The notes under the pieces are model-generated. The model had not been told where the DNA came from. It did no database searches and saw nothing but the letters and a program-made list of their open reading frames with translations. From NCBI GenBank assembly GCA_002919305.1, contig PKFB01000015.1, positions 793 to 64,792 on the forward strand: a stretch of 64,000 bases of DNA, given 5' to 3'. The first letter of the stretch is position 1. Every line of letters begins with the position of its first letter. The stretch comes from Actinomycetales bacterium. Its GTDB lineage: Bacteria; Actinomycetota; Actinomycetes; Mycobacteriales; Micromonosporaceae. Position numbers and translations under genes: made by a program. Of the stretch, positions 39,255 to 48,155 are shown piece by piece.

Positions 39255-40943
39255 GTGGATCAACCGCGGCCCACCGCCGACCGGATATTGCTGCGCACCG
39301 CCGGCCACGGAGGCCCGTGGGTGGTGTTGCTGGTGGTCGCCACGGTGGCCGGTGCTGTCGCCGAGCTCCTGTTGCCCGCCGCGGTGGGGGTAGCCTTGGA
39401 CCGGGTGCTCACCGCGGCCCCGGCCACCGGTTGGCTTATCGGGTGTGTTCTGCTGATCGGGGTGATCGCCGGCGGTGAAGTCCTCACCGACATCGCTTCC
39501 GGCGTCAGTGGCGCGCGAGCGACGAGTTGGCTGCGCCGTCACCTGGTTGCCCATGTCCTCGCCGCCGGGCCGCACACCACCCGCCGTTTCGAGGCTGGGG
39601 ACCTGGTCAGTCGGATCGTCGCCAGCGGCGCCGATGTCGGAGGAGGCGCGACCCAGGCGGTTCTGACGCTGGCCGCTCTGCTCCCCGCTATCGGCAGCGT
39701 GGTCGCCCTGCTGGTGATCGACCCATGGCTGGCTATGACCTTCATCAGCGGCATGGCCGTGATCGGGGTCCTGGTGCACGGCTTTGTCCGCGACGCTACC
39801 GATATCACGGCCCGCTACCAGCGCAGTCAGGCGGCGATCGCCGCCGGTCTGCTCGATGCGTTGACCGGCGCGCGGACCATCGCCGCCGCCGGCACGGTGC
39901 GTCGGGAGTGTGCGCGGGTGTTGGCTCCGTTATCCGCGCTCCGCGTTGACGGAGCAGGAATGTGGCGTACCCAGACCACCATGTCCTGGCGGGCGGCGTT
40001 GGTGATGCCGTCCCTGCAGCTGGTGGTGATCGCGGTGGCTGGCCTGGAGCTGTGGTGGGATCGCCTCAGCCCGGGAGAGCTGCTGGCGGCCAGTCGGTAC
40101 GCGGTGCTCGGCGGTGGCCTGACCGCCGCGGTGACCTTCGCCAACCGGTGGGCGCGGGCGCGGGGCGCCGCCCAGCGGGTCGCTGACCTGCTGGCCACCC
40201 CGGTCATCCGGTACGGAGCGGCTCGCCTGCCGGAGGGCGGTGGCCGGCTGGAGTTCCGCGGCGTCACCGCCGGTGACCCGCCGGTCCTGTCGGGGTTGGA
40301 CTTGACGATCCCCGCTGGATTGACGGTGGCCGTGGTGGGGCGGTCCGGCTCCGGCAAATCGCTGCTGGCGGCGTTGGCCGGCAGGCTGGTCGATCCCGTG
40401 GCGGGGGAGGTGCGGTTGGACGGAGTCCAACTGTCCACAGTTGACCGTGACGCGTTGCGGAACGCCGTGACGTACGCCTTCGCCCGACCGGTCCTCATCG
40501 GGGACACCGTGGGCGACGCCATCGCGTTGGGCCCGTATCCGGCCGCTCCGGCGGCGGTACGCAGCGCGGCGCGGGCCGCCTGCGCCGAGGAGTTCATCGC
40601 GCGGATGCCAGCCGGGTACGCCACTCCGCTGTCAGCGGCCCCGATGTCCGGCGGGGAGCGGCAACGTGTCGGCCTGGCCCGGGCCTTCGCGCATCCTGGA
40701 CGGCTGCTGATCCTCGACGACGCGACCTCAAGCCTGGACACCGCCACCGAGAGCCGGGTGGCCGCCGTGTTGACCGGACATACCCGGACCCCGTCTCAGA
40801 CTCGCCTGGTGATCGCGCACCGCGCCAGCACCGCCGCCCGCGCCGACCTGGTGGCGTGGTTGCAGGACGGGAAGGTCCGGGCCCTAGCCCCACACCATCA
40901 GCTGTGGCATGACCCCGACTATCGGGCGGTGTTCCATGAGTGA
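39255..40943 (+). CDS. ramA: ABC exporter, fused TMD-NBD half-transporter (RamA/AmfB-like)
   Basis: Six-TM ABC_membrane region; Walker A GRSGSGKS, signature MSGGERQRVGLA, Walker B LLILDDATS. Start moved to GTG 39255 (GAGGAG 5 nt upstream), downstream of the hairpins. The track ORF begins at 39120. Confidence 0.8.
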   Translation: MDQPRPTADRILLRTAGHGGPWVVLLVVATVAGAVAELLLPAAVGVALDRVLTAAPATGWLIGCVLLIGVIAGGEVLTDIASGVSGARATSWLRRHLVAHVLAAGPHTTRRFEAGDLVSRIVASGADVGGGATQAVLTLAALLPAIGSVVALLVIDPWLAMTFISGMAVIGVLVHGFVRDATDITARYQRSQAAIAAGLLDALTGARTIAAAGTVRRECARVLAPLSALRVDGAGMWRTQTTMSWRAALVMPSLQLVVIAVAGLELWWDRLSPGELLAASRYAVLGGGLTAAVTFANRWARARGAAQRVADLLATPVIRYGAARLPEGGGRLEFRGVTAGDPPVLSGLDLTIPAGLTVAVVGRSGSGKSLLAALAGRLVDPVAGEVRLDGVQLSTVDRDALRNAVTYAFARPVLIGDTVGDAIALGPYPAAPAAVRSAARAACAEEFIARMPAGYATPLSAAPMSGGERQRVGLARAFAHPGRLLILDDATSSLDTATESRVAAVLTGHTRTPSQTRLVIAHRASTAARADLVAWLQDGKVRALAPHHQLWHDPDYRAVFHE

Positions 40944-42757
40944 AGCAACCTGCGATGCTTAGGAGCTCGACAACCTCGGATGGGGGGTTACGGCCCCCCG
41001 AGCGGCCAGCCGCCGTCCTGATCGCTGCTCTGCGTCGTCACCCCCGTCGTCTGGTCCAGTTGGCCGCCTGGTCGGTGGTGGAGGCGCTCCCCGCTCTGGT
41101 GTCCGGTCTGGCGGTGGCGCGTGCCCTGGACACCGGCTTCCTGGCGGGGCGGCTTGATCTGGGCCTGCTGTGGCTGGGCCTGCTCGCCCTGGCCGTGGTG
41201 GCGGGGGCCGTGGCCACCCGGGCTTTATATCCGACGCTGGCCAGCATCGTCGAACCGTTCCGGGACGACCTGATCCGGCGCGTGGTGACCGGGGCGATCC
41301 GGCGGGCGACGCACCCGCCGTACCATGCCGACACCGCCGCCGTCGCCCGCCTCACCCACCAGGTGGAGACCGTGCGGGACACGTTTGCCGGTCTGGTGAT
41401 GGTGGTGCGGTCGTTCCTGTTCACCGCCACCAGCGCCCTCGTGGGCCTGGTCAGCCTCGCGCCGGTCATCGCGCTCCTGGTGACGCCGCCCCTGCTGGCC
41501 GGGCTGGCCTTATTCGGGGCCGGACTGCCCGCCCTGGCCCGCCGGCACCGCGCCTTGGTGGTAGCCGACGAACACGTCGCCGCGGCGACCGCCGAGCTCG
41601 CGGAGGGCCTGCGGGACGTGGTGGCGTGTGGCGCCGAATGGAGCGTCCAGGACCGGGTGGGCCAACGGGTGACCGACCAAGCCACCGCCACCCGCCGTCT
41701 GGCGTACAGCACCGCCCTGCGGACCGCCTCCCTGGCCCTGGGGGGTTGGGTGCCTGTGGCGCTGCTGGTGGTGTCGGCCGAGTGGCTCACGCGGCAGGGG
41801 GTGACCGCCGGGGTCATCGTGGGCTCCGTCACCTATCTGCTCCACGGCCTGATGCCCGCATTGAACGCGTTGATTCACGGCGTGGGGGCCAGCGGGGTGC
41901 GGCTGGTTGTCACCCTGTCCCGGCTGCTGGAGACCTCGTCCGTGCCCTGGGCGCTCCATGACGCCCCTGCTCCCCGCCCCAGGCGACAGGCCCCGCTACC
42001 CCGTGGTTTTCAAGTGGTCACCCACGGGTTGACCTTCGCCTACGGCCCCCACGCCGCCCCGATCCTCGACGATCTGGACTTGGTGATCCCCGAAGGAGAG
42101 CACCTGGTGATCGTCGGCCCCAGCGGCATCGGGAAATCCACGCTGGCCGGGCTGCTGGCTGGTCTACTCACCCCCACCCGGGGCACGGTCACCCTCGGCG
42201 ATGTGGCGGTCACGGCGCTGTCAGCGGCGGAACGGGCCCGGTGGCGGGTCCTCATCCCTCAGGAGGCGTACCTGTTCGCCGGCTCCCTCGCCGCCAACCT
42301 GACCTACCTGCGTCCGGACGCTCCCAAGGCCATGGTGGACGCCGCCGTGGAGGCCCTTGGGCTGTGGGACCTGGAGCGCCGGCTGGGTGGCCGCCACGTG
42401 GAGTTGAACAGTACGCTCCGCGCCACGCTCTCCCCCGGGGAACGGCAGCTGATCGCGCTGGCGCGCTGTTATCTGTCGCCCGCGCCGGTGGTGATTCTCG
42501 ATGAGGCGACCTGCCACCTGGACCCGGTCGCCGAAGCACGAGTCGAGGAGGCGTTCGCCCGACGCCCCGGCACACTGATCGTGATCGCACACCGGATCAG
42601 TTCGGCGCGCCGGGCCGACCGGATCCTGGTGCTCGACGGCGCCTCGACGGCCGTGGGTACACACCACGATCTGGTCGCCACCTGCCCGTCCTACCGGGAC
42701 CTGGTCAACCACTGGAACCCAGTCTCTCCCGGCGCGGCCCCGGCTCCCCTGCCCTGA
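40940..42757 (+). CDS. ramB: ABC exporter, fused TMD-NBD half-transporter (RamB/AmfA-like)
   Basis: Walker A GPSGIGKST, signature LSPGERQLIALA, Walker B VVILDEATCHLD. GTGA overlap with the preceding ABC gene. Confidence 0.8.
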   Translation: MKQPAMLRSSTTSDGGLRPPERPAAVLIAALRRHPRRLVQLAAWSVVEALPALVSGLAVARALDTGFLAGRLDLGLLWLGLLALAVVAGAVATRALYPTLASIVEPFRDDLIRRVVTGAIRRATHPPYHADTAAVARLTHQVETVRDTFAGLVMVVRSFLFTATSALVGLVSLAPVIALLVTPPLLAGLALFGAGLPALARRHRALVVADEHVAAATAELAEGLRDVVACGAEWSVQDRVGQRVTDQATATRRLAYSTALRTASLALGGWVPVALLVVSAEWLTRQGVTAGVIVGSVTYLLHGLMPALNALIHGVGASGVRLVVTLSRLLETSSVPWALHDAPAPRPRRQAPLPRGFQVVTHGLTFAYGPHAAPILDDLDLVIPEGEHLVIVGPSGIGKSTLAGLLAGLLTPTRGTVTLGDVAVTALSAAERARWRVLIPQEAYLFAGSLAANLTYLRPDAPKAMVDAAVEALGLWDLERRLGGRHVELNSTLRATLSPGERQLIALARCYLSPAPVVILDEATCHLDPVAEARVEEAFARRPGTLIVIAHRISSARRADRILVLDGASTAVGTHHDLVATCPSYRDLVNHWNPVSPGAAPAPLP

Positions 42758-43241
42758 CTGCCCGGCTGGAGCAGCGGATTCCGCTCCGGCGAGGGGCGCG
42801 GAGGCGGTGAGGTGGCGGTCGGGTCAGCGCCCCGTCCCGCCCGATCCGCCGCGGTTCGGGCGGGCGCGCCGTGCCCCGCGCCCCGCATCACAGCGCCTGT
42901 CACTGACGCCCAGCGGGGTGCGTCGACGCGCCCGTGGCATGCCCTACACCGCCATACCGGATACGCTGCCGGCGCCTGAGCAGCGCGTGCCGCACGATCG
43001 TGTGGTCACGATCGTGCCTGCTCATCGATTCCTGACTTGGATCGATGTCCGCACCATGAGCTGATAAACATGGCCTGATCAATCAGTCAGAGCTGCCCAG
43101 CGGTACGGCGCTATCCCTCACGCAAGGGGACCGTATTCCAGATTCCGGAATCTATCCCGCCACTGCGTCCGACCGCCGATGACGCCACCAATCGCCACTG
43201 TTTCTCTATCAGAAATCCAATACCCCCAATATTCGGGAATG

Positions 43242-43973
43242 TCAGATCCAACCGGCGTTTTGGGCGATCCGGACCGCCTCGATACGGGTCCGACCGCCGG
43301 TTTTGCAGATAATGGTGGACAGATAATTACGGACCGTGCCCCGGGCCAGTGACAGCCGCTCGGCGATCTCGCCCACCGGGGCTCCCTCCGCCGCCAAGCG
43401 CAGCACGTCCAACTCCCGGTTGGTGAAGGGATTAGGGGCGGCGTCCAAAGCAGCCACCGCCAGTTCAGGATCGATCACCCGCTCACCGCGGGCGACGCGC
43501 CGAATGCTGTCGGCGAGCTGGGCGGGAGGTGCGTCTTTGACCACAAAACCCGCGACAGAGGCATCGAGGGCACGCCGCAGAGTCCCCGGCGCCCCCAACG
43601 CGGTCAGAATCAGGGTTCGACATTGAGGTAACTCGCGACGTAACAGACGGGCCGCCTCGATGCCATCCATCCCCGGTAGATCGATGTCGATGACCGCCAC
43701 ATCGGGCCGGTGCTCCAAAGCGGCCGCGACGATCTGATCGCCCCTGGCCAGCTCACTGACTACTTCAATGTCGTCCTCGTACGACAGCAGAGCCACCAGC
43801 GCACCGCGTACCAGTCCCATATCCTCGGCGAGAAGGATCCGAATCGCCTCGGCCCCCTCCCGCCGGCGCTCACCACGTCCCGTCCGAGCCCGAGGCGGCC
43901 AGATGTCCTCATCGGACAGTTCGGCGACGCGGGTCGACACTGATCCCACTCTTCTCATCGCGCAATACCTCAC
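43242..43973 (-). CDS. ramR: NarL/FixJ (LuxR-type HTH) response regulator, convergent to the lanthipeptide operon (RamR/AmfR position)
   Basis: Receiver: IRILLAEDMGLV...VAVIDIDLPGMDG...LTALG. Output: LTNRELDVLRLAAEGAPVGEIAERLSLARGTVRNYLSTI. The N-terminal extension is probably shorter than the track ORF. Confidence 0.8.
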   Translation of the reverse strand: MRYCAMRRVGSVSTRVAELSDEDIWPPRARTGRGERRREGAEAIRILLAEDMGLVRGALVALLSYEDDIEVVSELARGDQIVAAALEHRPDVAVIDIDLPGMDGIEAARLLRRELPQCRTLILTALGAPGTLRRALDASVAGFVVKDAPPAQLADSIRRVARGERVIDPELAVAALDAAPNPFTNRELDVLRLAAEGAPVGEIAERLSLARGTVRNYLSTIICKTGGRTRIEAVRIAQNAGWI

Positions 43974-44180
43974 CGGTGACGGGAACCGCAGGAACGACCT
44001 GACGACAAATACGCATCATAATCAATGACTCACTGTGCGTAGCCTCAGATCTGACGTGCCCCATAACCAATGAGACCAAAGTGGACGCATGATCACTTAT
44101 TGATCAGCGTCAACCCCAACAGACGCTCCGTTCCGATTCCCGACCCGGGCCGGCAGGTTGTCAGACTCGCGACATGGACA

Positions 44181-45425
44181 TCAGCTGACCAGGTGCACCG
44201 GGAGCTCTGTCAATCCCCGGATGAAACTGGGGCGCCACGTCAACTGCTCCCACGGCACCGCCAGCTGGATGTCCTGAAAACGCCGCAGCAACCCACTGAG
44301 TGCGATCTCTGTCTCCATACGCGCCAGGGCCGCGCCGATACAAAAGTGCGTGCCGTGCCCGAAGCTCAGATGAGGATTAGGGGACCGGTCAGGTATCAGC
44401 TCCTCCGGCCGCGGGAAGACCTCGGGATCCCGGTTGGCCGACCCCACGGCCAACAACACGATGTCCCCCTTGGGGATCGGCGCCCCGGCGATCGTGGTGT
44501 CGGCCGCGACGAACTTCATGATGCCCGGCACGATCGGGCTGTCATAGCGCAGCATCTCCTCCACCATGGGCGCCACCAGGCCCGGATCGGCCCGCACCGC
44601 ATCGAGCACCTGCGGGTGACGCAGCAGCGCCAACATCCCGTTGCCGATGAGATTCACCGTGGTCTCATGACCGGCGGTGAGCAGCAGACTCACCGTGGAC
44701 AACAGCTCTATCTCGGTCAATCCACCGTGCTGATCCCGGGCCGCGATGAGTTCACTGACCACATCGTCGGCGGGCTGTCGGCGGCGCTGCGCGATGAGGT
44801 CGGTCAGATACTGATGGATCATCTCGCGGGCCCGCGCGGCGTTGGCCACGGTCGCCTCATCCACCCGGTACGCCAGGACCGCACCGGTCCACTCCCGCAT
44901 CTGATCTCGGTCCTGCTCCGGGATCCCCAGCAGCTCACAAATTACGGTGATCGGTAACGGGAATGCCAAGCCGGCGATCAGGTCCACCGGTCCGGTGACG
45001 CACGCCATCTTCTCCAGCAGCGCGTCGGTCACCTGGATGATCCGGGGACGCAGCCGCTGCACGCGGCGAGCGGTGAAGGCGGATGCGGTGAGGCGACGCA
45101 GCCGGGTGTGCCGCGGCGGGTCGGTCCGCAGCATGTTGTGCAGATTCTCCGGCCGCCATCGCCCGTCGCCGGCGTCCTCCCCGGCTCCGAAGGCCGCGGT
45201 CGCGTACCGAGGATCATTGCTGAGGGCCGGGTTGGCCAGCGCCGCCCGGACATCCCGGTAGCGGGTGACCAGCCACACGGGCACACCGTCGGGCATCTCC
45301 ACCCGGTGCACAGGACCGGCCTGGCGCAGGGCCTGGTAGGCCGGGTACGGGTCAGGTCCGTCCGGCAGGGAGATCACACCCTCATCTTCCGCTGTGTCCC
45401 CCGCTGAGCCAAGACGCGTACCCAT
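44181..45425 (-). CDS. Cytochrome P450 monooxygenase
   Basis: I-helix LLTAGHETT, EMLRY (ExxR), heme loop FGHGTHFCIGAALAR. Confidence 0.9.
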   Translation of the reverse strand: MGTRLGSAGDTAEDEGVISLPDGPDPYPAYQALRQAGPVHRVEMPDGVPVWLVTRYRDVRAALANPALSNDPRYATAAFGAGEDAGDGRWRPENLHNMLRTDPPRHTRLRRLTASAFTARRVQRLRPRIIQVTDALLEKMACVTGPVDLIAGLAFPLPITVICELLGIPEQDRDQMREWTGAVLAYRVDEATVANAARAREMIHQYLTDLIAQRRRQPADDVVSELIAARDQHGGLTEIELLSTVSLLLTAGHETTVNLIGNGMLALLRHPQVLDAVRADPGLVAPMVEEMLRYDSPIVPGIMKFVAADTTIAGAPIPKGDIVLLAVGSANRDPEVFPRPEELIPDRSPNPHLSFGHGTHFCIGAALARMETEIALSGLLRRFQDIQLAVPWEQLTWRPSFIRGLTELPVHLVS

Positions 45426-45515
45426 GTGCGAATGTGGATCGGAAGCAGAATGGGTACGCGTCGCCCCACCGGTCAGGAATATCCCACTGCCCCGGGTGGA
45501 CCAGGGAGGAGCGGC

Positions 45516-48083
45516 TCAGGCGTAGGTGACCAGTCCGAGCTCGGCAGGGCTGGTCAGCAACTCGTGCCGCGGCACCACCCGGACCGTGTAGCCGAAGGAG
45601 CCGGCGCGCGTCAGCGGGATATCCGCCTCGTAGTGGTAGACCCCGTCGCTGTCCCCGACGTACTCCATCGGCTGTACCGCCACGTCGATCAACGTGTCGT
45701 CGGTGCCGTCCACCCGACCCGAACAGGCCTGGACCTCGACCTCCTTCACCGACAGCTCCCCGAGCACCACTTCGGCGCGCAGGTGCAGTCGCGCTCCCAG
45801 CTGCGGGGTATCTCCGGCTCCGGAAGACTCCACGTGCACCACCCGAATGTCGCTCCAGGCGCGTCGCGCCCGGGAGCGGAACGCCGCCAGCGCGCGGGCG
45901 CCCGCGTACCCCTCCTCCCGCATCCGGCGCGAGGATTCGCTGGCCGGCTGGTACAGCCGCTCGACGTACTCCCGGACCATCCGGGAGGCCAGTACCTGCG
46001 GCCCCAGCGAGGTCAACGTGTGCCGCACCATCGCCACCCAGCGCGCCGGGATGCCCTGCTCGTCGCGGTCGTAAAACAGTGGCGCGACCTGAGTCTCGAT
46101 CAAGTCGTAGAGCGCGGCCGCCTCCAGATCATCCCGTCGGTTGGGGTCAAGCACCCCTCGGGCGGTGGGGATCGACCAGCCGTTGCGGCCGTCGTACATC
46201 TCGTCCCACCAGCCGTCCCGGATGGACAGGTTCAGTCCGCCGTTGAGCGCGGCCTTCATGCCGGAGGTACCGCACGCCTCCAGGGGGCGCAGCGGATTGT
46301 TCAGCCAGACGTCACTGCCCGCGACGAGGTGCCGGGCCAACCCCATGTCGTAGTCGGGCAGGAACACGATCCGGTGCCGCACCGCGGGGTCATCGGTGAA
46401 CCACACCATCTCCTGGATCAGCTTCTTGCCCCCGTCATCGGCCGGGTGCGCCTTCCCCGCGATGATGATCTGGATGGGCTGCCGGGGGTTGAGCAGCAGC
46501 CGCTTGAGCCGCTCGCGGTCCCGCAGCATCAGCGTCAGACGCTTGTAACTGGGGACCCGGCGTGCGAAGCCGATGGTGAGGATGTCGGGGTCCAGCGCTT
46601 CATCGATCCACCCCAGTTCGGCTTCGGTGGCGCCTCGCGCCAGGTGCGAAGCGCGCAGTCGACGCCGCGCCTCGGCGACCAGCTCCGCCCGCATCTGCCG
46701 GCGGATCCGCCAGATCTCGGCGTCGCTGAGCTCGTTCACGATGTCAAAGCCCGGGTCCCCGCCGTACGCGGCGGTGTCGATCCCTTCGCGGGTGATCAGT
46801 TCATGCCCGCTGCGTGACAGCCAGGTAGCGGCATGGACCCCGTTGGTGACCGAGGTGATCGGGATCTCGTCAAGATCGAATCCGGGCCACAGGGAGGCGA
46901 ACATCTCCCGGCTGACGGCCTCATGCAACCGGGACACCCCGTTGCAGCGCTGCGCCAACCGCAGCCCCATGTGCGCCATGTTGAACACGTTGGGGTCGTG
47001 TTCGGCGCCCAGATCCAGGATCCGATCTACCGGCACCCCAGGACATACCGCGCCGTCGGCGAAGACTCGGGCGATGAGCTCTCGCGGGAAACGGTCGATA
47101 CCAGCCGGTACCGGGGTGTGGGTGGTGAACACCGTCCCGGCGCGGACCGCTTGATGAGCGGCGTCAAAGTCCAGGCCCTCCGTCTCCATCAACTCCCGGA
47201 TCCGCTCCAGGCCCATGAAGCCGGCGTGTCCCTCGTTGGTGTGGTAGACCTCCGGCTCCGGCTCGCCGGTCAGGGCACACCAGGCCCGCAGCGCCCGGAC
47301 CCCTCCGACGCCCAGCAAGATCTCCTGGAGCAGTCGGTGCTCCACCCCGCCCCCGTACAGCCGGTCGGTGACTCCACGCTCCCCCGGCGCGTTCTCCTCG
47401 ATGTCACTGTCGAGCAGCAACAGCCGGACCCGCCCGACCTGGGCCTGCCAAATCTGAGCCCTGAGAGTGCGTCCCTCTGGGAGCGACACCGCCACCTGCA
47501 CCGGGGTGCCGTCCTTATCCCGCAGCAGGGTCAAGGGCAGACCGTGCGGATCGATCGAGGGGTAGTGTTCCTGCTGCCATCCGTCCGGCGTCAGGCTCTG
47601 GGTGAAGTAGCCCGAACGGTACAGCAGCCCCACCCCCACGATCGGGACCCCCAGGTCGCTGGCGGTCTTCAGGTGGTCACCGGCCAGGATCCCCAGGCCG
47701 CCGGAGTACTGCGGCAGCACCTCGGTAAGGCCGAACTCCGGAGAGAAGTAGGCGATGTTACGCGGCATATGGTCGCCGAGGCTCTGGTACCACCGCGGCT
47801 CGGACAGATAACGGGACAGGTCCTCATGCGCGGCGGCCAGACGAGCCCGGAACCCGCTGTCAGCAGCGAGCTCATTGAGCCGGTCGGCGGAGACCTCTCC
47901 GAGCAGACGCACCGGATCGTGGCCTACCCGCTCCCACAATCCCGGATCTATACTCGCAAAAAGATCCAATGTGGACGGATGCCAGGACCAGCGCAGGTTC
48001 ATCACGAGCTCACCCAGGGGAGCGAGCTGGGGCGGCAGGGCGGCACGGACGGTAAACCGACGAAGCGCTCTCACGAACAGCAC
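45516..48083 (-). CDS. glgP: Alpha-1,4-glucan (glycogen/maltodextrin) phosphorylase, GT35, actinobacterial type
   Basis: 855 aa: LGELVMNLRWSWHP, FSPEFGLTEVLPQYSGGLGILAGDHLK, and GKAHPADDGGK containing the PLP lysine. Confidence 0.9.
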   Translation of the reverse strand: MLFVRALRRFTVRAALPPQLAPLGELVMNLRWSWHPSTLDLFASIDPGLWERVGHDPVRLLGEVSADRLNELAADSGFRARLAAAHEDLSRYLSEPRWYQSLGDHMPRNIAYFSPEFGLTEVLPQYSGGLGILAGDHLKTASDLGVPIVGVGLLYRSGYFTQSLTPDGWQQEHYPSIDPHGLPLTLLRDKDGTPVQVAVSLPEGRTLRAQIWQAQVGRVRLLLLDSDIEENAPGERGVTDRLYGGGVEHRLLQEILLGVGGVRALRAWCALTGEPEPEVYHTNEGHAGFMGLERIRELMETEGLDFDAAHQAVRAGTVFTTHTPVPAGIDRFPRELIARVFADGAVCPGVPVDRILDLGAEHDPNVFNMAHMGLRLAQRCNGVSRLHEAVSREMFASLWPGFDLDEIPITSVTNGVHAATWLSRSGHELITREGIDTAAYGGDPGFDIVNELSDAEIWRIRRQMRAELVAEARRRLRASHLARGATEAELGWIDEALDPDILTIGFARRVPSYKRLTLMLRDRERLKRLLLNPRQPIQIIIAGKAHPADDGGKKLIQEMVWFTDDPAVRHRIVFLPDYDMGLARHLVAGSDVWLNNPLRPLEACGTSGMKAALNGGLNLSIRDGWWDEMYDGRNGWSIPTARGVLDPNRRDDLEAAALYDLIETQVAPLFYDRDEQGIPARWVAMVRHTLTSLGPQVLASRMVREYVERLYQPASESSRRMREEGYAGARALAAFRSRARRAWSDIRVVHVESSGAGDTPQLGARLHLRAEVVLGELSVKEVEVQACSGRVDGTDDTLIDVAVQPMEYVGDSDGVYHYEADIPLTRAGSFGYTVRVVPRHELLTSPAELGLVTYA

Positions 48084-48155
48084 ACCTTACCCGCGACGCC
48101 ACGGACTACCCGGCAGATCGGCACCTTCTTACTGAAAGTTTCACCAAATCCGCCC

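Noticed and set aside
42807-43082. Small ORFs (42807..43064 on the plus strand, 42900..43082 on the minus strand) as possible immunity or accessory genes of the lanthipeptide cluster.
   Set aside because: Their translations are Arg/Pro-rich, the two ORFs overlap on opposite strands, and neither has an RBS or hydrophobic segments.
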